This document shows positions 57,528-64,000 of a stretch of 64,000 nucleotides of DNA, one piece after another. The notes below the pieces were generated by a model. It saw nothing but the letters and a program-made list of their open reading frames with translations, did no database searches and had not been told where the DNA came from. The DNA is from Alphaproteobacteria bacterium (GTDB lineage: Bacteria > Pseudomonadota > Alphaproteobacteria > UBA828). Both the position numbers and the translations under genes were made by a program. Where the stretch lies: positions 768,001 through 832,000 of the forward strand of contig CBDCQT010000012.1 of assembly GCA_965220745.1 (NCBI GenBank). Direction: 5' to 3'. Numbering within the stretch: position 1 is the stretch's first letter; each line of letters begins with the position of its first letter.

Positions 57528-58865
57528 ATGCCTCTCGACGACATCAACTACCCCGAGAATCCCAACGATCTCGAAGCCTTCTGGATGCCGTTCACGGCGA
57601 ACAAGGGCTACAAGCAGAAGCCGCGCCTGATGACGCGGGCCAAGGGCATGCACTACTACACGCCGGGCGGCCGCGAGATCCTGGACGGCACCGCAGGGCT
57701 CTGGTGTTGCAACGCGGGCCACGGGCACGAGAGGATCGTGGCGGCGATCAAGGCGCAGGCCGAGCGCATGGACTTCGCGCCGACCTTCCAGCTCGGCCAC
57801 CCGGCCGCCTTCGAGTTCGCGAACCGGCTGGTGGACCTCGCGCCCGGCGACCTCGATCACGTCTTCTTCACCAACTCGGGCTCGGAGTCGGCGGACACCG
57901 CGCTGAAGATCGCGCTCGGCTATCACTACGTGCGCGGCAAGGGCTCGAAGACCCGGCTGATCGGGCGCGAGCGGGGCTACCACGGCACCAACTTCGGCGG
58001 CACGTCCGTCGGCGGCATCGTAAAGAACCGCATGTTCTACGGCAGCCTGCTCTCGGGCGTGGACCACATCCGCCACACCCACGACCTGGAGCACCAGGCC
58101 TTCAGCCGCGGCGAGCCCGAATGGGGCGTGCACCTGGCGGACGACCTGGAGCGGCTGGCGGCGCTGCACGATCCCTCCACCATCGCCGCGGTGATCGTGG
58201 AGCCGGTGGCGGGCTCCACAGGCGTGCTGGTGCCGCCCAGGGGCTACCTGCGCCGGCTCCGCGAAATCTGCGACAAGCACGACATCCTGCTGATCTTCGA
58301 CGAGGTGATCACCGGGTTCGGCCGCCTCGGCGCGAGCTTCGCCGCCGATTACTTCGACGTGCAGCCGGACATCCTGACCACCGCCAAGGGGCTCACCAAC
58401 GCGACCGTGCCCATGGGCGCGGTGTTCTGCCGGGGCAAGATCTACGACGCCTTCATCGAGAACACCGAGCAGGGGATCGAGCTGTTTCACGGCTATACCT
58501 ACTCCGGCCATCCACTCGCGTCGGCGGCGGGGATCGCGACGCTCGACGTCTACCGCGAGGAAGGGCTGTTCGAGCGCGCCGCCGAGCTTGCGCCCTACTG
58601 GGAGGACGCGCTCTGGTCGCTCAAGGGCGGGCACCACGTGATCGACCTGCGCAACCTCGGCATCGTCGCCGGAATCGAGCTGGAGCCTCGCCCCGGCGCG
58701 CCCACCGCGCGCGCGACCGAGACCTTCCACAAGTGCTTCGACGAGGGCGTGCTGATCCGGGTCACGGCGGACACCATCGCGCTCTCGCCGCCGCTGATTG
58801 TGGAGAAGGACCAGATCGACCGCATCTTCGACACCATCGGCGGCGTACTGAAGACGGTGGGCTGA
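57528..58865 (+). CDS. Class III aminotransferase, omega-amino acid (beta-alanine):pyruvate type
   Basis: [51 protein letters not shown]. Confidence 0.92.
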   Translation: MPLDDINYPENPNDLEAFWMPFTANKGYKQKPRLMTRAKGMHYYTPGGREILDGTAGLWCCNAGHGHERIVAAIKAQAERMDFAPTFQLGHPAAFEFANRLVDLAPGDLDHVFFTNSGSESADTALKIALGYHYVRGKGSKTRLIGRERGYHGTNFGGTSVGGIVKNRMFYGSLLSGVDHIRHTHDLEHQAFSRGEPEWGVHLADDLERLAALHDPSTIAAVIVEPVAGSTGVLVPPRGYLRRLREICDKHDILLIFDEVITGFGRLGASFAADYFDVQPDILTTAKGLTNATVPMGAVFCRGKIYDAFIENTEQGIELFHGYTYSGHPLASAAGIATLDVYREEGLFERAAELAPYWEDALWSLKGGHHVIDLRNLGIVAGIELEPRPGAPTARATETFHKCFDEGVLIRVTADTIALSPPLIVEKDQIDRIFDTIGGVLKTVG

Positions 58866-58896
58866 GCGCGCGGGCGGACGACGGAGGAGCGGCAGG

Positions 58897-60096
58897 ATGA
58901 CGCGGGCCTATATCGTCGGCACCCTCGATACCAAGGGGGATGAGCTGCTCTATCTCCGTGACCTGCTCGCGGCAGACGGCGTGCAGGCGTGTGTCGTGGA
59001 CGTGGGTACCGGCGGCGGCGCACGGCCCGCCGGCGTGGACGTGAGCGCGGCGGAGGTCGCCGCCCATCACCCTGACGGCGCCGATGCAGTGCTGAGCCTT
59101 GAGGACCGCGGCCAGGCGGTCGCCGCCATGGGGGAGGCGCTGGCGCGCTTCCTGCCGACGCGCGACGACATCGGCGGGGTGATCGGGGCCGGGGGCTCCG
59201 GCAATACCGCGCTGGTTTCCATCGGCATGCAGGCGCTCCCCATCGGGGTGCCGCGGGTGCTGGTCTCCACCGTGGCCTCCGGCAACGTCGCGCCCTATGT
59301 CGGGCCCAACGACATCACCATGATGTACTCGGTGGTGGACATCGCCGGGCTTAACCGCATCTCGCGGGTGGTGCTCGCCAACGCGGCCCACGCGCTCGCC
59401 GGCATGATGCGGGGCGAGGCGCCGGCGGCCGAGGACAAGCCCGCCATCGGGCTGACCATGTTCGGCGTCACCACACCCTGTGTCGACAAGGTCCGCGCCG
59501 CGCTTGAGGCGCGCTACGACTGCCTGGTCTTCCACGCGACCGGGACCGGCGGGCGCTCCATGGAGAAGCTGGTCGATTCAGGCCTGGTGCTGGGCTGCAT
59601 CGACAGCACCACGACCGAGGTGTGCGACCACCTGATGGGCGGCGTCTTCAGCGCGGGCGAGGATCGGCTCGGCGCCTTCGCGCGGACCGGCCTGCCCTAC
59701 GTGGGCTCGTGCGGGGCGCTCGACATGGTGAACTTCGGGGCGCGCGAGACCGTGCCGGCGCAGTACGAAGGCCGTACCTTCCACATCCACAATCCCAACG
59801 TGACGCTCATGCGGACGACGCCGGACGAGAACCGGGCCATGGGCGAGTGGATCGGCGCCAGGCTCAACGCCTGCGCGGGGCCGGTGCGGTTCCTGATCCC
59901 GGAGCAGGGGGTCTCGCTGATCGACGCGCCAGGGATGCCGTTCCACGACCCGGAGGCGGACGCGGCGCTCTTCGACGCGCTGGAGCGGACGGTCGAGCAG
60001 ACCGACGTGCGGCGCCTGATCCGCCTGCCGCTCCACATCAACGACGACGATTTCGCCCAGGCTCTCGTGGAGAGCTGGAACGAGATCGCCGCCTGA
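58897..60096 (+). CDS. Tm-1-like ATP-binding domain protein (UPF0261)
   Basis: GTLDTKG.E, GGSG.T, LP.G.P...[41 protein letters not shown]. Confidence 0.9.
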   Translation: MTRAYIVGTLDTKGDELLYLRDLLAADGVQACVVDVGTGGGARPAGVDVSAAEVAAHHPDGADAVLSLEDRGQAVAAMGEALARFLPTRDDIGGVIGAGGSGNTALVSIGMQALPIGVPRVLVSTVASGNVAPYVGPNDITMMYSVVDIAGLNRISRVVLANAAHALAGMMRGEAPAAEDKPAIGLTMFGVTTPCVDKVRAALEARYDCLVFHATGTGGRSMEKLVDSGLVLGCIDSTTTEVCDHLMGGVFSAGEDRLGAFARTGLPYVGSCGALDMVNFGARETVPAQYEGRTFHIHNPNVTLMRTTPDENRAMGEWIGARLNACAGPVRFLIPEQGVSLIDAPGMPFHDPEADAALFDALERTVEQTDVRRLIRLPLHINDDDFAQALVESWNEIAA

Positions 60097-60118
60097 GCCA
60101 GACCCAGGGAGACCCACA

Positions 60119-60949
60119 GTGCCGGGCATGGATCGCCGCACGCTGCTGGACAAGTTTCACGGCATGATCGCCCGCCGCGAGCCGATCATCGGCGGCGGCG
60201 CCGGCACCGGGCTCTCGGCCAAGTGCGAGGAGGCGGGCGGCATCGACCTCATCGTGATCTACAACTCGGGCCGCTATCGCATGGCGGGCCGAGGCTCGCT
60301 TGCCGGCCTGCTCGCCTACGGCAACGCCAACGAGATCGTGAAGGAGATGGCGCACGAGGTGATCCCCGTGGTGCGCGAGACGCCGGTGCTCGCCGGCGTG
60401 AACGGCACCGATCCCTTCATGGTGCTCGACCGCTTCCTGGACGAGCTCAAGGCGCTGGGGTTCGCGGGCGTGCAGAACTTCCCGACCGTCGGGCTGATCG
60501 ACGGCGTCTTCCGCGCCAATCTGGAAGAGACCGGCATGGGCTACGGCCTGGAGGTGGACATGATCCGCGCGGCCCACGAGGCGGACCTGCTGACCACGCC
60601 TTACGTCTTCTCCGAAGACGACGCGGTCACCATGGCGCAGGCCGGGGCCGACATCATCGTCTGCCACATGGGGCTCACCACCAGCGGCACCATCGGCGCG
60701 CAGACCGCGAAGTCGCTGGAGGAGTGCGTGACGCTGATCGACGCGTGGGCGCTCGCGGCCAAGGCCGTGCGGGACGACGTGATTGTGCTCTGCCACGGCG
60801 GGCCTATCGCTTCGCCCGGGGACGCGACATTTGTGCTGCAGAACGCCGGGCACGTGCACGGTTTCTACGGTGCTAGCAGCATGGAGCGCCTGCCCACCGA
60901 GGTCGCCATGACCGCGCAGACCAGGGCGTTCAAGGCGATCAGCTTCTGA
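60119..60949 (+). CDS. Phosphoenolpyruvate hydrolase-like TIM-barrel protein
   Basis: [54 protein letters not shown]. Confidence 0.9.
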   Translation: MPGMDRRTLLDKFHGMIARREPIIGGGAGTGLSAKCEEAGGIDLIVIYNSGRYRMAGRGSLAGLLAYGNANEIVKEMAHEVIPVVRETPVLAGVNGTDPFMVLDRFLDELKALGFAGVQNFPTVGLIDGVFRANLEETGMGYGLEVDMIRAAHEADLLTTPYVFSEDDAVTMAQAGADIIVCHMGLTTSGTIGAQTAKSLEECVTLIDAWALAAKAVRDDVIVLCHGGPIASPGDATFVLQNAGHVHGFYGASSMERLPTEVAMTAQTRAFKAISF

Positions 60950-60961
60950 GGGGGTGACGCC

Positions 60962-61651
60962 TCAAACTCCCAGGTATCGGTCCGTCAAGGCCGGTGTCAG
61001 GTCGGCGCTGGCGCCGGACCAGCAGGTCGCCCCTTTCTCCAGAATGACGCAGCGCTCGGCCACGGCCGTGAGCGCCGCGAGCGACTTGTCGACGACGAGG
61101 ATCGAGAGGCCGGCTTCCTTGAGCCGGGCGATCACCGACCAGATTTCCCGGCGGATGAGGGGGCCGAGCCCTTCCGTCGCCTCGTCCAGGATCAAGAGGC
61201 GGGGGTTGGTCATCAGCGCGCGGCTGATGGCGAGCATCTGCTGCTCGCCGCCTGAGAGCGTGTCGGCCTTCTGATTGCGGCGCTCCGCGAGCTGGGGGAA
61301 GAGCGCGATCACCCGCTCCTCGTTCCAGTGGCCGGGGCGGGCGGCAGCCGTGAGGTTCTCGCGCACCGTCAGGGTCGGGAAGCAGCGCCGGCCCTCCGGC
61401 ACCAGCCCGAGGCCGAGCCAAGCCGCCCTGTGCGAGGGCAGCCGCGCGAGATCGCGGCCGGCGAAGGCGATGCGGCCCTCGCGGTGCGGCATCATGCGGC
61501 AGATCGTCCTAATGGTCGTCGTCTTGCCCATGCCGTTGCGGCCCATGAGCGCCACGACCTCGCCTTCGCCGACGGCGAGGTCGACACCGAAGAGCGCCTG
61601 CGAGGTGCCGTAGAAGGCGGTGACGCCCGCGACCTCAAGCAGCGCCGTCAT
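60962..61651 (-). CDS. ABC transporter ATP-binding protein (LivF-like)
   Basis: GRNGMGKT, LSGGEQQM, LDEATEGL. Confidence 0.92.
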   Translation of the reverse strand: MTALLEVAGVTAFYGTSQALFGVDLAVGEGEVVALMGRNGMGKTTTIRTICRMMPHREGRIAFAGRDLARLPSHRAAWLGLGLVPEGRRCFPTLTVRENLTAAARPGHWNEERVIALFPQLAERRNQKADTLSGGEQQMLAISRALMTNPRLLILDEATEGLGPLIRREIWSVIARLKEAGLSILVVDKSLAALTAVAERCVILEKGATCWSGASADLTPALTDRYLGV

Positions 61652-62399
61652 GCCCTTCGTCCCCAAGGTAGGCGCGCTGCACCTCCTCGTTGGCGCGTAT
61701 CTCCTCCGGCGTGCCGCTCGCGATGATGCGGCCGTAGACGATGACGGAGATACGGTCCGCAAGGGCGAAGACCGCATCCATGTCGTGCTCGACCAGCAGG
61801 ATCGGGGCCTCCGCCCGCAGGTCATCAAGAATTTCGATCAGCTTCGCCGTGTTTTCCGGCCCCATGCCCGCCATGGGCTCGTCGAGCAGGAACGCCTTGG
61901 GCTTGAGCGCGAGCGCGATGGCGATCTCCAGCGCCCGTCGCTCGCCGTGCGACATGTCGCCTGCGCGAACGTGGGCTCTGTCGTCCAGCAGCAGGCGCTC
62001 GAGGTGGGCCATCGCCTGCGCCATCAGTTCCTTGTCCTTGAGCGCCGGCTTGAGGAAGCGGAAGGTCTTCCGCTCCACCGATTGGACCGCCAGCATGACG
62101 TTCTGGAGCCCCGAGAACTCCGGCGCGACGGACGAGACCTGGAACGTGCGCGCCAGCCCGAGCTGGGCGCGCGCCACCATGTCCAGGCGGTCGATGTCGC
62201 GGCCGGCGAAGCGGATCGAGCCGCTGTCCTGCCGGATCTCGCCCGCGATCTGCTTGATGACGGTGGACTTGCCGGCACCGTTCGGCCCGATCAGCGCATG
62301 AATCTCGCCGGGCACGAGGTCGAACGTCACCGCGTCGCTCGCGACCACCGCACCGAAGCGCTTCGACAGCTTCTCGGTCTGGAGGATCGGCTCAGGCAT
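61635..62399 (-). CDS. ABC transporter ATP-binding protein (LivG-like)
   Basis: GPNGAGKS, ARTFQ, SHGE, LDEP, VEHDM. Confidence 0.92.
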   Translation of the reverse strand: MPEPILQTEKLSKRFGAVVASDAVTFDLVPGEIHALIGPNGAGKSTVIKQIAGEIRQDSGSIRFAGRDIDRLDMVARAQLGLARTFQVSSVAPEFSGLQNVMLAVQSVERKTFRFLKPALKDKELMAQAMAHLERLLLDDRAHVRAGDMSHGERRALEIAIALALKPKAFLLDEPMAGMGPENTAKLIEILDDLRAEAPILLVEHDMDAVFALADRISVIVYGRIIASGTPEEIRANEEVQRAYLGDEGHDGAA

Positions 62400-63375
62400 G
62401 GCGGGGTTGGCCTGCCAGAATGCCGATCACGCCGCCGCGTGCGAACAGCACCAGCGCCACCAGCAGCGCGCCGAGCAGCAGGAGCCAATGCTCGCTGACG
62501 TCGCCCAGCGTGTTCTCCAGCACTATGTAGAGCGCGGCGCCGGCGGTGGGGCCGAACAGCCGTCTCGTACCGCCCAGGATCACGAACACCATGATCTCGC
62601 CCGAGGTGTGCCAGGACAGCATTGACGGGCTGACGAAGCGGTTGAGGTCGGAGTAAAGGGCGCCGGCAAGGCCCGCCATCATGCCCGAGATCACGAAGGC
62701 GGTGAGCTTCACGCGGAAGGGACTGATGCCGACGGTCGCGAGCCGCGTTGCATTTTGCCGCGCTCCATTGAGCGCGAGCCCGAAGCGCGACTGCGAGAGC
62801 AGGAAGGAGAAGCCGATCGCAAGGATGAGGAGGACGTAGCAGATGGCGAAGAAGTGGAGCGGGTTGAGCGTGTTGAGGCCGGGAAATTCGTTCCTGATGT
62901 ATATCGAGAGCCCGTCTTCGCCGCCGTAGGCCGGCCACGAAATGGCGAAGTAGTAGACCATCTGGGCGAAGGCCAGCGTGATCATGATGAAGAAGACGCC
63001 GGTGGTGCGCAGGGAGAGCGCGCCGATCACCAGCGCCGCGACGCCGCTGACGACGATGGCGACGGGCCAGATGATGAGCATCTGCGTCGTGCCTTCGACC
63101 AGCAGTGGCGCGGTGAAGAGCGGCTCGTAGTTGAGCGCATGGCTCGCGAGGATCCCGGCCATGTATCCCCCTAAGCCGAAGAACGCCGCGTGCCCGAGCG
63201 AGACCATGCCGCCGTATCCCAGGGCGATGTTGAGGCCGGTGCCGGCAAGCCCGAGGATCGCCACCTTGGTCGCAAGCGTGATGACGAAGGGCTCGTCGAA
63301 GGTGTTGCCGAGCAGCGGCGCGGCAAGCAGGCTCGCCGCGATCAGGAGACTGATGGCCGCCTCGCGGGTCATCAT
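62392..63375 (-). CDS. ABC transporter permease (LivM-like)
   Basis: G.VSLGHAAFFG.G.Y, FIMITLAFAQ, GGEDG. Confidence 0.92.
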   Translation of the reverse strand: MMTREAAISLLIAASLLAAPLLGNTFDEPFVITLATKVAILGLAGTGLNIALGYGGMVSLGHAAFFGLGGYMAGILASHALNYEPLFTAPLLVEGTTQMLIIWPVAIVVSGVAALVIGALSLRTTGVFFIMITLAFAQMVYYFAISWPAYGGEDGLSIYIRNEFPGLNTLNPLHFFAICYVLLILAIGFSFLLSQSRFGLALNGARQNATRLATVGISPFRVKLTAFVISGMMAGLAGALYSDLNRFVSPSMLSWHTSGEIMVFVILGGTRRLFGPTAGAALYIVLENTLGDVSEHWLLLLGALLVALVLFARGGVIGILAGQPRHA

Positions 63376-64000
63376 CAGTGCGCCCTGGTGCCGAACAGGC
63401 CGGTCGGGCGCAGAAACAGCACCAGCGCCATCAGGATGTAGATGAGCATGGAGGCCAATGCCGAGCCGACGTTGTTGGCGGTGGAGGAATCCATGAACGT
63501 GTCGAACGCGACCGGCAGCAGGAAGCGCCCGAGCGTGTCGGCGAGGCCCACCAGGATTGCGCTTACCAGCGCACCGACGATGGAGCCCAGCCCGCCGATG
63601 ATGATGACGACGAAGGCGAGAATCAGCACCGGCTCGCCCATGCCCACCTGCACCGACTGGATGGTGCCCACCAGCGCGCCTGCGAGGCCGGCCAGCGCCG
63701 CGCCGATGGCGAACACGGTGGTGTAGAGCTTGCGGATATCGACGCCGAGGGCGGCGATCATCTCGCGGTCGGATTCGCCGGCGCGGATGCGGATTCCGAG
63801 GCGCGTGCGCGCGATCAGGAGGAAGAGGCCGCCCGCGATCACGAGCCCGATCAGGATGATCGCGAAGCGGAAGAGGGGGTAGTCGATGCCGCCGGGGAGC
63901 GCCACCGGCCCCGACAGGAAATCGGGCACCGTAAGGTAGAGCGGAAAGGAGCCGAACACCCAGCGGGTGCCTTCCGAGAAGACCAGGATCAGCGCGAAGG
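63375..64000 (-). CDS. ABC transporter permease (LivH-like), 5' end outside the window
   Basis: RTRLG..IRAG, AFVVIIIGGLGS, RP.GLFG. Confidence 0.88.
   Translation of the reverse strand, partial: FALILVFSEGTRWVFGSFPLYLTVPDFLSGPVALPGGIDYPLFRFAIILIGLVIAGGLFLLIARTRLGIRIRAGESDREMIAALGVDIRKLYTTVFAIGAALAGLAGALVGTIQSVQVGMGEPVLILAFVVIIIGGLGSIVGALVSAILVGLADTLGRFLLPVAFDTFMDSSTANNVGSALASMLIYILMALVLFLRPTGLFGTRAH

Noticed and set aside
60119-60949. TIM-barrel protein as the missing partner of the PEP mutase
   Set aside because: It is about 14 kb away, sits in its usual Tm-1-like pairing, and lacks the EDK motif of the PEP mutase/phosphonopyruvate hydrolase group.
1-64000. tRNA, rRNA, prophage, integrase or anti-phage defence genes
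   Set aside because: No recognisable motifs by eye; tRNAscan-SE, Infernal and DefenseFinder would be needed to exclude them formally.

Overview
High-GC (about 70% by eye) chromosomal window, most likely from an alphaproteobacterium of Rhodospirillales type. This is inferred from the split pntAa/pntAb/pntB genes, the erpA-xth pair, the ispB / DUF2007-trmN6-S49 arrangement and the GTCATGGCCGGGCTTGTCCCGGCCATC REP. About 55 CDS are present. Core genes are purE, purK, rpsU, pntAB, ispB, xth and erpA. Accessory genes include two branched-chain-amino-acid-type ABC systems, an iorAB-like molybdoenzyme, a true ACC deaminase, hydantoinase A/B, PhyH, a PEP mutase-nucleotidyltransferase fusion, a His/Asp-rich outer-membrane protein with a Zur-like box, and a Tm-1-like/TIM-barrel pair. 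One intact IS4-family element (18-bp TIRs, 9-bp target duplication) has inserted into a REP palindrome. No CRISPR array, rRNA or tRNA was recognised. Strongest leads: (1) a dispersed non-coding element with two full copies and one partial copy, one carrying an expanded 9-bp GGGAT tandem array; (2) a TetR-linked exported redoxin-cytochrome c-PHM-type copper monooxygenase fusion; (3) a signal-peptide-bearing PIMT paired with a multi-membrane-spanning SAM-fold protein; (4) a PEP mutase with no adjacent coupling decarboxylase; (5) a collapsed toxin-antitoxin module bracketed by a duplicated gene start. All product calls come from motif recognition by eye; no searches were run.
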